From assembly GCA_050613775.1 (NCBI GenBank), contig JBODTK010000129.1:248001-312000 (forward strand): a DNA stretch of 64,000 nt. Reading direction: 5' to 3'. The position numbers were made by a program, and so were the translations under genes. Under the pieces are notes generated by a model, which had not been told where the DNA came from, made no database searches, and saw only the letters and a list, made by a program, of their open reading frames with translations. The stretch comes from Neocallimastix sp. 'constans'. Its lineage: Eukaryota. This document shows positions 27,774-39,983 of this stretch, in pieces. How positions within the stretch are numbered: the stretch's first letter is position 1; every line of letters starts with the position of its first letter.

Positions 27774-30700
27774 TTACCTCTTCATTAATACATTATATAT
27801 GGGTACTGAGCCATACGCTTTTTTAAGATCTAAAAAAGCAAGGTAAGTATCCTTATTTTCAAATTTCCGTCTTTTACATATAATTCTTAATGTAGTGTAA
27901 AGACTTATACATTCCTCTCGATTACGAAATCCATATTGTTTAGATCTTATAAAACCTTCATCAATTCCATATTTAGAGATTCTATTTACTATGATTTTTG
28001 CCATAATTTTTAATCCATTATTGATAAGAGAGATGCCACGATAGTTATTACAATCTGATGGATCACCCTTTTTATGAATAGAAACTATTGATGTGTTATT
28101 CCATGATTTTGGGAAATCACCATTCCAAATACGATTGATTAAGGCTTTGAGACATTTAAAGCCAGATGAAATATTACTATTATTATCACTTGATTCTCCT
28201 GAATCATCTTTACAAGAAATCAAAGCTTTGAAGAATTCCATTGGAATATCATCAGGACCACAAGCTTTAAAGTTAGAAGTGGAGGAGATTGCTTCGCTAA
28301 TTTCTTCATCGCTAATACCTTGGTTAATATCCCATTCTTGTTGCCTTGGTCTTCCCAAATTCCTTAGTGCATCAGAATCTTTCCAGTGATCTTTAGAAAG
28401 ACTATGATCTGAAGAATCCGACCCTAAGAATTTATAATGAGAATGCCAAGCTTTTAATTTTTCATCTGTAGAAGAAACAAGTACATTATTGTTGTTTTTA
28501 ATTGGATGAGAGACTGTGAAAGATTGATTATTCATATTTGCATTCTTTTTTACCTATTTCCATGCTTTCCAACTATCCTTATTAAGAGCTAACGAACATC
28601 CAATTTTAATCCAATATAAATATTCTTTTTTCCTAAATTTGTTACATTTTTTATTAAATGATTCACATAGTCTATTATAAGAATCAACAATTTTAGTAAA
28701 TTCATTGGAATCACTTGCAGATTTAAAACCCTTAATTTGTTTATATTTTACATGTTTAACCTTTAGAAGACAATAAATTTTGTGGGACATTCTAAACATC
28801 GCTTTTCTGATTTCTGTTGAAGATGTAATCGATAAATTCTTAGCAATGGAATTAGTAGTGTTAATGAACTTTTCAATAACACAATCTATTGAAAGTTCTT
28901 TATTTCCTATTTCTTCACTATGAATCTTAAATTTATTGTGATGACATATTTCTTTCTTAAGTTCAAGACATTTATCCTATCCCACCTAACAAATTTTTTT
29001 GGTAACAAAAATGATTCGTCTGTAGTAGTTTTCTTGCAATAAACTACGAGAGGTTTATGATCAGATACAGAAGGGTAATCAACAAAATAAGCACTTAATA
29101 TTTTAACCAGCATACTTGAATTGACTAACGCATGATCAATATCTGATGAATAACTATCTCTTGTCCATGAAATAGATGAACTATTTATCGGAAGAATAAA
29201 CCAGATATCAAGGTTACTATTAGATAATTTATCCTGTAAATCAGAGGTACTCATGTTAAAGTCTCCAAGAAGAATAGATGGATGATTAGTGTGATTCTGA
29301 AGCCATGTAAAAACTTCTGAAAATGCATATCGGACTTGTGATGAGTGTTTCTTAGTGGGAATATAGACATTACCAACAGAACACTTAGAATGATTCCAGA
29401 GACTATATGTGTTGTTAAAGAAACAAGATAAGTATAGGAATTATCTTCAAGTACTGCTTGACATGAGACATGATACCCAAAATATAAACCTCTGCAACCA
29501 GGAGTAGTAGGATCCATTTTTTTTCAGGAAATATATATAGTTGGAAAGTGTTACTTTACATGGATTTCTAGCCTCATTAGTACCATTACCTGTTTCCTGA
29601 AAACATATAAATAATGGTTTAAATATTGTGTTGAAGTACTCAATACTATCTCTTTTCACAAAATTCCATCCGTTGGTATTCCAACTAAGACAAAAAGAAA
29701 ACTTTCCTGTATAAGAATGTGAAAATGGATTTTGAGAATTAATATTAGGAATATTAGGAGCAATTAGTTCATGATTGCCATTATTAACATTTACTAAATT
29801 TGTTGAACTGAGGTTTACTGTGTTAATATCATTGGATGTGTGATAAGATATTAAATTTTGTTTCAAATACCGAAAAAAAACCTTATGATTCCATTTGGAA
29901 CATCTACAATATGAAATTTTAACTACTGATAGTGCTTTTTTAAATACTTTTTTAAATTTTTTGAGGTTGAAATTTGGAGTGTATACTTTTATCCTGAAGA
30001 CGCTATCATTGAATTTGGTAATTCTCTGTATTGACAAAATATTATCATTGAATTTTTTGCATTTAGAATGAATAAATTTCTTCATTTTAGCATTAGTCCA
30101 TGAGTATATACCACGGATAAAAATCAACCCTGTGTTGTCAATAGATGTTCCATAGCAGAGAGAACCCCGATGAAATATCTTTTCCATAATGAACTAAAAA
30201 ATTACAATGAAAACTAAAATTCTAAAAACTAAGAAATATAGATAAAAAAAAAATACATATATATATATATAATTAAATAGAAAAATATAAATAAAAAAAA
30301 TAATAAAAAATGAAGATTCTATCTTCGTGGAGTAATTGATTAAGTTTAAATAAAATGAACAACTTAAGAATTTTGTAGTAATGAATAATATCTTTTTTCC
30401 TGTTATTTAAGTAATGAATAAACTCTTTTTTTTTTTGTTATGTATTTTCTGTTAACTTTTTAGTTTCTGAAATTCTAATCGATTTGTAAAGCTTTGATTG
30501 ATAAAATAATTTTCTTTAATGTAATCATAAATAAACTGAAATGAAAATGTAAATAATGTTAGTAGTGAAAGACTATAAAAAGATTCCTATCAGTTAAATA
30601 ATGTCTTAAACACAAGTTTTGGAGTGAATCAATCTCCTACATTTCCATTTTACAATAGCTACATGAAAGTATAAATAATACTATAGAAAAATACATATAC

Positions 30701-31005
30701 AAAATAATGCTAAAGTAAAAAATACAATAGATTCATTACAATGATAATATGTAGAAACTACATGATATTATTAATTATACAACTCCAATGTTACTACATA
30801 TCCAGTTTAAAACAATATAAAACATCAAGTTCACTTTCTACAGTCTTCCAGTATTCTAGTTTTCTCTCTTCGTACTAGAAGCCACTTTATAAAGGATAAC
30901 CATCGATTATCATCAGAATCACAGAAAACTGTAATTAGTACACCTGATATAGGTTATTCCTTTTCCATCAATCCTCCATTGACCTGGAAAAACAGTCCAC
31001 ATCAT
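27774..31005 (-). mobile_element. Degenerate non-LTR retrotransposon (LINE): 5' module, N-terminal domain, AP endonuclease and first half of RT; 3'-truncated
   Basis: Frameshifted ORFs with APE motifs SWNTNG, FQET, GDFNM, DIDH, SDH and RT motifs GPDDIP, KKGD..NYRGISL, QYGFR, FLDLKKAY. Confidence 0.9.
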
Positions 31006-31071
31006 TGGGGATATATCAATAAATCAATAAAGCATTTTCAATTGTTCACTTTTATTAAATTATTTTTTATA

Positions 31072-31102
<31 letters not shown>

Positions 31103-31265
31103 ATTTTGTTATTATTATATATAAAATAAATAAAAGACTAAAAGACTTTTTTTTATATATTATATATATATAAAGTAATTTTTTATTTTTATATTTTTAT
31201 ATTATTAAAATAGTTTTTTCACACTGTAAAAATAAAAAAAGAAAAAAAAAATTTAAATGTAAAAA

Positions 31266-31544
<279 letters not shown>

Positions 31545-31589
31545 TAATATAATAAATAACAAATATTTATAAAATAAAAAAAAAAAATA

Positions 31590-31802
31590 CTGGATACCAA
31601 ATTGCATTTCATTATTTCTAGCCCATTTACTGGAAAACTTTAACAATTTCTAATATATAGATGGCTAGAGAAAAAATCTTTTGCCAAACAATTAAGTTCA
31701 ACATTAATATTATTAGATTTTCTTGACATGATCATTGATGAATAAATTAAATATGATGGGAGATAATGGACAACCTTGACAAACATCTCTTTTATTAGGA
31801 AA
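31590..31802 (-). pseudogene. Degenerate LINE RT fragment (W)
   Basis: QGCPLSPIIFNLFIND and KWARNNEMQFGI motifs, with stops. Confidence 0.75.
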
Positions 31803-32312
31803 TTTTTTTTTTAACGGCAGCAAACTTGTTTCATCTTTATTAATTAAATATATTAAAATACATGTAATAAAAAGAAAAAAGATAAAAAATAAACAAAAAA
31901 AAAAAAAACACAAAATAAAATAAAATAATGGTATAACATATTCTAGTTTCATTTAATTAATATCTGTAAGACTTCACAAGGGCATTATTATACTGAAGTA
32001 TAATAATTAATTTTGACTTCACAATGTTAATCATAATTTTAAGATATAAAATTATGATCTTCATTGATTGCGCTAGCCCTGCTGGCTTGTCTTACTGTTT
32101 CTTCAGCATTGACGCTCTTGGTAGTAGTAGTACGATTCGATTTGAACCTATTGAACAAAGACCATTGCTGGCCAATAGCAATAGGTATAATCGATTGAAG
32201 AAGTGCCGCAGTAACCACTAAGAATGGAGTATCAGAATAAGCACCTGAATTCATCTGGCACTTAAATAGATTCTTCCATTCCCTTATACTGTTATTAATA
32301 CTTCGACCTCCA

Positions 32313-33446
32313 TTTTTTTTTTTTTTTTTTTTTTTTTAGACTTAGAGAATAACTTTATAACTTTATTTAATTTATAATAATAATAAAATTGCATGAATTA
32401 AATGAAAAAATAACAAATAAAATACATGAAATAAAATATTATATATTATAAAATTATAAAAGTGCGTTAGAAGCAATAGCCTCTAACTTTTCCCATTCCT
32501 CGATAATAACACCACGTCCATTATTGCGAGTAATAATTTCAGTATTAGTGTTATCAATCGAATCTGTATCTGTCATTTCACCGGGAGGTGAAAATCCATG
32601 CCTTATCATTTCGACGTCGACGCTCTTGGTAACGGTAGACTCAACGGAATACCATTTCATCATCAAACTAAAAGATCGACAAATTAATGGTATTACGTTT
32701 GTTAGAAACTCCGCAATCCCCACAAAATACGGAACAGTTGACGAAGTTGAACTTTGTTTAAAAATATTGTCAACTAATTGTCTTTGTTCCCCATCATTAA
32801 CTTTAATTTTTGAATATATTGAACGCCCACCAAGAAGTGCACTCAATATATAATAATAAATATTATTATTATAATCCTTTTCTGAATCTAAAGAAACATC
32901 CAAGGATTTTTGTTCAATTATCAATGCAAACTTCACAAAGAGATCATCTAGAAAAGGTAAAGATTTATTTCTGTAATTTTCCAATTCTTTACAGGCAAAG
33001 ATCCAGTGAGAAAAGCTAGGTACACTAACACCACAACAAGGGCAACATTTAGGGCAATCTTCTGATACGATTTTTCTTTTAATGGAAATACTAATGTCAA
33101 ATTTAAAACCACACCTAATTCGAGAAATCCAAAAGAATCTCAATTGATACTTAGGATATTGAAATGTTAAGTTTCTGATTTCTGAAATAAATCCAAAATC
33201 ATTCTCCTTGTAAATAATTGCTTTTTTAGCTTTTGAGGGTTTGAAGACATCTCTTTCCCAATAAAACTTTTTTATTTCATTTGTTTTTTTACCAATTAAT
33301 TTCTTATCCAAAGTCCTTGATTCTTTAGTCCATGAGTAATGTGACATAGTAGGAATATTATTAGTGAGATGATTAATAATACATGATGAATTCTTCCACT
33401 TTCTAAAAGCATCGTAATTGAGATATAGCACAGACAGCTGAAAGAG
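32313..33446 (-). mobile_element. 5'-truncated LINE Y with poly(A) tail and 13-bp TSD
   Basis: TSD ACTTCGACCTCCA at 32300-32312 and 33447-33459; ORF with C-terminal zinc finger CPCC..HWIFAC. Confidence 0.9.
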
Positions 33447-33499
33447 ACTTCGACCTCCAAGAAGGAAATTAAACACTTTTTCATACACACTAGAATCAA

Positions 33500-36028
33500 C
33501 TTTTTTTTTTTTTTTATAGACAGGGAAGAGAATACACTTCCAAAACTTTATTAAATTTTATTTTAAAAAATACATGTAGATGAAAAGTACATTTGAAATT
33601 AAAAATAAAAAATTTAAAAAATAAAAAAAATAAAAAAGCTCGAAAATACTATGTATTTCGGCAAGTTGTACTATGCGGGAATTTTTCCCTTCCTAACAAA
33701 TAAAAAAGAAATAAAACCTAGAAGTAACATCTTTAAAATAGATAGTGTGGTGTCCACTAAACTCTCCCCGGATTCATCATCTATTGAACTACTAGGGCAA
33801 GATTCATCCTTCGTAGAAATAGATGCTGATCCTGTATTATCATTATGCCTTATCAGTACGACGTCGACGCTCTTGAATAAGTTTGATATTTTGCAATACC
33901 TATCAAATAATAGCTCAAACGAACTACTTATGATAGGTATTGCACTTGTTAAGAATTCCACCAAGCCCACAATTTTTGGAAAAGGTGACTCAGATGAACC
34001 TTTGAAAAGTAGTTCATTTAATTGTCTCTGTTCCCCACTATCGAAATGTAGCTCATTTAAAACTAAAGTCCCACCAAGAAGGAACAAGTATATATAATGA
34101 TTGATATAATCTTCAAAATTAGAAATAGAGTCATAGGAAGAAAGAGGATTAAACGCTCTAATCTTCCTAAGGAATAAAACATAGAGATCATCGATGAAAT
34201 TTAAAGAATTCCATCTAAAAGATGCAAGAGCATCGCATTTAAAAATCCAATGTTCAAAAGATTGTTTATCTTCGCCACAACAGGGACAATCTTCTGAAAC
34301 TCTACCCATTCTAATAGTAATAGTAGTATTGTATTTATAACCACAGCGTAAACGTATAATCCACGAAAACCCTAAGTTGAATTGGGGATATTTTAAGCTA
34401 AGCATAATTATAGCTTTATTGTTTGAGAACTTATTACAATCGTAATTTTGACCTTTAATACTTTGAAATTTGGAAACTGATTTCCAGTAACGTTCTAAAA
34501 TATCGTCATATTTTTCACATTTATATATTTTGATTTTTTTATACAGTGTTCTAGATTCTTTAGTCCAGGAATAATAATGCATTTTGGGAATAGATTTAAT
34601 AAGATCCTTTATAATACAGTTTGATTTACTCCATTTTGCAAATGATTTAATCTGTAAGGCTGCGCAGACACCAACAATAAGAGGAATGAGATATGGACTG
34701 TTTTTCCAGGTCCATGGAGGGTTGATGGAAAAGGAATAACCTATATCAGGTGTACTAATTACAGCTTTCTGTGATTCTGATGATAATCAATATCCTTTCT
34801 AAAGTGGCTTCTAGTACGAAGAGAGAAATCTGGAATACTGGAAGACTGTAGAAAGTGAACCTGATGTTTTATATTGTTTTAAACTGGATATGTAGTAACA
34901 TTGGAGTTGTATAATTAATAATATCATGTAGTTTCTACATATTATCATTGTAATGAATCTATTGTATTTTTTACTTTAGCATTATTTTGTATATGTATTT
35001 TTCTATAGTATTATTTATACTTTCATGTAGCTATTGTAAAATGGAAATGTAGGAGATTGATTCACTCCAAAGCTTGTGTTTAAGACATTATTTAACGGAT
35101 GGGAATCTTTTTATAGTTTTTCACAACTATTATTTCATTAACATTTAAATTTTATATTATATATGATTATTTTACAGAAATTTTTACATAAAACAGGAAT
35201 TTATAATTGAAAATCATTAATTAAAAACTAGTCAACACAAAAAGAAAGAAAAACAAACAAGTTTTAGCAAACAATATACACGAAAGAGAAGACAACAGCA
35301 ATAAATTTTTATTTTTTTTTAATTTTTTAATTTTTTACTAATTTTATTTTTTATTTTTATATTACATTTACTTTTTATTAATATAGATAAGTTTTTTATT
35401 TTATTATGTCAACTATACGAAGAGGTCTGCGACATTATGGTCCTGACCATGATAAATTTGTTTTAATTTTCATTCATGATCTTGAATCTTGGACTGAAAG
35501 TAGACTATGGGAATTTTTAAGCAAAAAGATATCAAATTGTAATGAAGTTATTCATGGAATCGTTAAAAAACACTATATTAATATGGAAAACTACTTCATC
35601 CTAAGAGTTAACTATAATAATTATACGGATTATTTGAAGGTTATTTATTTGATTACTAAGCACTTACCTGTTAAAAGAATAAATTGGAAGATTACTTCAA
35701 GGATACGCACATTTAGCAATGTTAATCATAATAGAACCAGGTATTATTTTGAACCCTCATTCCCCATCTTTGAGAAGAAACGTGTAAATGAAAGAAGGGA
35801 TTTTCTAACTTTAAAATGCATGTGAGATATAATGTGTTCTAGTAAGAGATCATCAGAAAAAGGAATACCAAGATAAATATAACTAGACACTTTAGGAATA
35901 GCATTCATTCCTAAATAGAAGGTTGGGTCACTATAGTTTGGAGGAGATTGGAAGTTCATTGGTTTTATAACCATAGTTGCACATTTTTCAATACCAAAAG
36001 TCATTTCATTTAAATTAGCCCATCTGTG
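33500..36028 (-). mobile_element. 5'-truncated LINE Z copy 1 with 13-bp TSD, internally disrupted by an inverted LINE 5' segment
   Basis: TSD ACACTAGAATCAA at 33487-33499 and 36029-36041; ORFs 33671-34582 and 35744-36004 match Z copy 2. Confidence 0.88.
34690..35766 (+). mobile_element. Inverted LINE 5' segment: shared 5' module plus N-terminal ORF starting at 35406
   Basis: 34693-35124 is a near-identical reverse complement of 30565-31003; ORF LIFIHDLESWT resembles LIFIRGIYSWT of ORF 29447-30187. Confidence 0.8.
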
Positions 36029-36113
36029 ACACTAGAATCAATATACACATTATTTTCAATACTATTACTAACACTACTAAAAATACTATTACTAATATTA
36101 CTATAACTATTAT

Positions 36114-36159
<46 letters not shown>

Positions 36160-36844
36160 GGCAGCAAACTTGTTTCATCTTTATTAATTAAATATTTGAT
36201 AAAATACATGTAATAAAATAATAAAAAAAAAAGATAAAAAAATAAACAAAAAATAAAACACAACACAAAATAAAAATAAAATAATGGTATAACATATTCT
36301 AGTTTCATTTAATTAATATTTGTAAGACTTCACAAGGGCATTATTATACTGAAGTATAATAATTAACTTTGACTTCGCAATGTTAATCATAATTTTAAGA
36401 TACAAAATTATGATCTTCATTGGTTGCGCTAGCCCTGCTGGCCTGTCTTACTGTTTCTTCAGCATTGACGCTCTTGGTAGTAGTAGTACGATTCGATTTG
36501 AACCTATTGAATAAAGACCATTGCTGGCCAATAGCAATAGGTATAATCGATTGGAGAAGTGCCGCAGTAACCACTAAGAACGGAGTATCAGAATAAGCAC
36601 CTGATTTCATCTGGCACTTAAATAGATCCTTCCATTCCCTTGTACTGTTATTAATACTTCGACCTCCAAGAAGGAAATTAAACACTTTTTCACACACACT
36701 AGAATCAATATACACATTATTTTCAATACTATTACTAACATTACTAAAAATACTATTACTAATATTATTATTACTATTATAACTATTACTATTATTACTA
36801 TTACTATTAACAATATCATTTGTTAGGTTGCCACGGTAAAAAGC

Positions 36845-36850
<6 letters not shown>

Positions 36851-36896
<46 letters not shown>

Positions 36897-39281
36897 CAGG
36901 GAAGAGAATACACTTCCAAAAACTTTATTAAATTTTATTTTAAAAAATACATGTAGGTGAAAAGTACATTAGAAATTAAAAATAAAAAATTAAAAAATAA
37001 AAAATAAAAAATAAAAAAGCTCGAAAATACTATGTATTTCGGCAAGTTGTACTATGCGGGAATTTTACCCTTCCTATCAAATAAAAAAGAAATAAAATTT
37101 AGAAGTAACATCCTTAAAATAGATAGTGTGGTGTCCACTAAACTCTCCCCGGATTCATCATTTATTGAGCTACTAGGGCGAGAATCACCCTTCGTAGTAA
37201 TAGATGATAATCCTGTATTTTCATTATGCCTTATCAGTACGACGTCGACGCTCTTGAATAAGTTTGATATTTTGCAATACCTATCAAATAATAGCTCAAA
37301 CGAACTACTTATGATAGGTATTGCATTTGTTAAGAATTCCGCCAAGCCCACAATTTTTGGAACAGGTGACTCAGATGAACCATTGAAAAGTAGTTCATTT
37401 AAATGTCTCTGTTCCCCACTATCGAAATGTAGTTCATTTAAAACTAAAGTCCCACCAAGAAGGAACAAGTATATATAATGATTGATATAATCTTCAAAAT
37501 CAGAAATAGAGTCATAGGAAGAAAGAGGATTAAACGCTCTAATCTTCCTAAGGAATAAAACATAGAGATCATCGATGAAATTTAAAGAATTCCATCTAAA
37601 AGATGCAAGAGCATCGCATTTAAAAATCCAATGTTCAAAAGATTGATTACCTTCACCACAACATGGGCAGGACTTTGGACAATCTTCTGAAACTCTACCC
37701 ATTCTAATAGCAATAGTAGTATTGTATTTATAACCACAGCGTAAACGTATAATCCACGAAAATCCTAAGTTGAATTGGGGATATTTTAAGCTAAGCATTA
37801 TTATAGCTTTATTGTTTAAGAACTTGTTACTATCGTAGTTTTGACCTTTAATACCTTGAAATCTGGAAACTGATTTCCAGTAACGTTCTATAATATCGTC
37901 ATATTTTACACATTTATATTTTTTGATTTTTTTATATAGTGTTCTAGATTCTTTAGTCCAGGAATAATAAGGCATTTTGGGAATAGATTTAATAAGATCC
38001 TTTATGATACAGTTTGATTTACTCCATTTTGCAAATGATTTAATCTGTAAGGCTGCGCAGATACCAGCAATAGGAGGGATGCTTAGATCTCGAGATAAAG
38101 CATAAGTACTCATTGTTGAATTATGTCTAATATAGTCATTGTTTTCTGTATTTGTTTTACCATTTTTAGAGAAGGAACCGATACACCAAAATAGACCAGT
38201 ATTAATTAATGTTTGAATTCTAGCCGTTCTAGATTTGTTTGAACCAAGTAAAGGAGAATAATAAATTACTTTACTAATAACAAAGGATTGAAGAACTTTT
38301 TTCTTGTATACAATAGGAATAAGTTTATTTGAAAAGAAACGTGTAAATGAAAGAAGGGATTTTCTAACTTTAAAATGCATGTGAGATATAATGTGTTCTA
38401 GTAGGAGATCATCTGAAAAAGGAATACCAAGATAGACATAACTAGAAACTTTAGGAATATCATTCTTTCCTAAATAGAAGGTTGGATCACTATAGTTTGG
38501 AGGAGGTTGGAAGTTCATTGGTTTTATAACCATAGTTGCACACTTTTCAATACCAAAAGTCATTTCATTTAAATTAGCCCATTTATGTACCTTTTTTAAT
38601 AATTTTTCTAAATTTTTTGCACTTGGAGCAATGAGAACAACATCATCAGCAAAGAGTCCACCACAACACTTTTTTCTTCCAACATTAACACCATACTTTT
38701 CACAGTCATTTAGTATATCATTGATGAATAAATTGAATAAGATTGGAGATAAAGGACAACCTTGACGAACACCTCTTTTAATAGGAAATTCATTTGATAA
38801 CATTGAAGCAAATCGAGCACGTGCTTTAGATGAAGTATATAAATTACAAAGAAAATCAAAACATTTACCGCGTACTCCATAGTGATATAATTTAGTAAGA
38901 ATGTTAAAAATAGGAACTGAATCATAAGCTTTTTTAAGATCTAAAAAAGCTAAATATGTGAATTTTCCTTGGAATTTTCTTCTTTGACAAATTTCTCTAA
39001 CGGAAATGAATAAACTAATGCATTCTTCGCGGTTGCGAAATCCAAATTGTTCAGGTCTAATGAAATTGTGTGAGAGTGCGTAAGTAGATATTCTATCTGT
39101 TATAATTTTTGAAATGATTTTTAGTCCAACGTTAATGAGAGAAATACCTCGATAATTACTACAATCTGATAGGTCACCCTTCTTAGGAATTGATACAATA
39201 GAAGCTGAGTTCCATTTTTTAGGAAATGACCCATTCCATATTTTATTAAATATCAATTTTAGACACTTTCCAGCAGCAGGA
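36851..39281 (-). mobile_element. 5'-truncated LINE Z copy 2 with poly(A) tail and 13-bp TSD
   Basis: TSD AAAAAGCATTATA at 36838-36850 and 39282-39294. Confidence 0.92.
37052..39256 (-). CDS. LINE reverse transcriptase plus C-terminal CCHC zinc finger (5'-truncated, uninterrupted)
   Basis: NYRGISL, QFGFR, FLDLKKAYD, GVRQGCPLSP, FADD, YLG, CPCC..HWIFKC. Confidence 0.92.
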   Translation of the reverse strand: MIFNKIWNGSFPKKWNSASIVSIPKKGDLSDCSNYRGISLINVGLKIISKIITDRISTYALSHNFIRPEQFGFRNREECISLFISVREICQRRKFQGKFTYLAFLDLKKAYDSVPIFNILTKLYHYGVRGKCFDFLCNLYTSSKARARFASMLSNEFPIKRGVRQGCPLSPILFNLFINDILNDCEKYGVNVGRKKCCGGLFADDVVLIAPSAKNLEKLLKKVHKWANLNEMTFGIEKCATMVIKPMNFQPPPNYSDPTFYLGKNDIPKVSSYVYLGIPFSDDLLLEHIISHMHFKVRKSLLSFTRFFSNKLIPIVYKKKVLQSFVISKVIYYSPLLGSNKSRTARIQTLINTGLFWCIGSFSKNGKTNTENNDYIRHNSTMSTYALSRDLSIPPIAGICAALQIKSFAKWSKSNCIIKDLIKSIPKMPYYSWTKESRTLYKKIKKYKCVKYDDIIERYWKSVSRFQGIKGQNYDSNKFLNNKAIIMLSLKYPQFNLGFSWIIRLRCGYKYNTTIAIRMGRVSEDCPKSCPCCGEGNQSFEHWIFKCDALASFRWNSLNFIDDLYVLFLRKIRAFNPLSSYDSISDFEDYINHYIYLFLLGGTLVLNELHFDSGEQRHLNELLFNGSSESPVPKIVGLAEFLTNAIPIISSSFELLFDRYCKISNLFKSVDVVLIRHNENTGLSSITTKGDSRPSSSINDESGESLVDTTLSILRMLLLNFISFLFDRKGKIPA

Positions 39282-39983
39282 AAAAAGCATTATATAAAAA
39301 TAAAATTTTATCATTAACTTTACTACGAGTATGATTGAAAAAGGGACAATCAATTAACCAATGACTTATCCATTGTTTATTACTTTTACAACAGGGACAA
39401 AAATTATTATTACTATTACTATTATTACTGTTGCTATTTTCATTATTACTATTTACAATATCACCATGTTAATTCCAAAATTCATAATATTAAATTTAGC
39501 CCATTCATTTACCTTCTTTAGTATTTTTTTTAACTTATTTCTTGACGGTTATACTATTTAATAATTATCAATAAATTCTTAACCTTTTCTAACAACAAAA
39601 ATCTACATCAAATTCTTTTGTAAATAAAATTTTAATTAATTCATTTTCTTTAATAAATATTAAAAATTTAGAATATTCAACTTCACACATAACTACAATT
39701 AAATTTATTTAATTTTTATTTTATTTTATATTTCTTTATTAATTTTTTTTTATTATTTTATTAAAAACTAAAATAACTCCTTTTGTTCTTTTTTGCTTTT
39801 TTTTATTTTTACATCGAAATATTTTTATTATTTTTATTATTTATTCTTCATTTTTTTTTAAAAAAAAAAAAATAGAATTTTATCATTAAAAATTCCAATA
39901 GAGATAGAATATAAATAACTAATACTACACATTGTTTAGTATTAAATTATTTAAAGACGTGCTTTTAAGGTATCTGGGGTACT

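Larger units (their letters stand above)
31803..36113 (-). mobile_element. LINE family X copy 1 (3' end with poly(A)), interrupted by insertions Y and Z1
   Basis: Poly(T) plus AACGGCAGCAAAC 3' UTR; segments 31803-32312, 33447-33499 and 36029-36113 join to match uninterrupted copy 2. Confidence 0.85.
36114..39560 (-). mobile_element. LINE family X copy 2, interrupted by Z2 and apparently internally deleted
   Basis: Poly(T) plus the same 3' UTR as copy 1. The frame resumes past Z2 (CPCCKSNKQWISHWLIDCP..LYNAFYRGN) and abuts an RT fragment KVNEWAKFNIMNFGIN. Confidence 0.8.

Noticed and set aside
34787..34830. Hammerhead ribozyme at CTGATGA in the LINE 5' module
   Set aside because: No stem II closed by GAAA in the required position and no matching stems I/III found by eye.
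33651..37478. Two similar 148-aa plus-strand ORFs (33651-34097, 37032-37478)
   Set aside because: Antisense to the LINE Z C-terminus; their similarity is explained by copy identity and there is no independent coding evidence.
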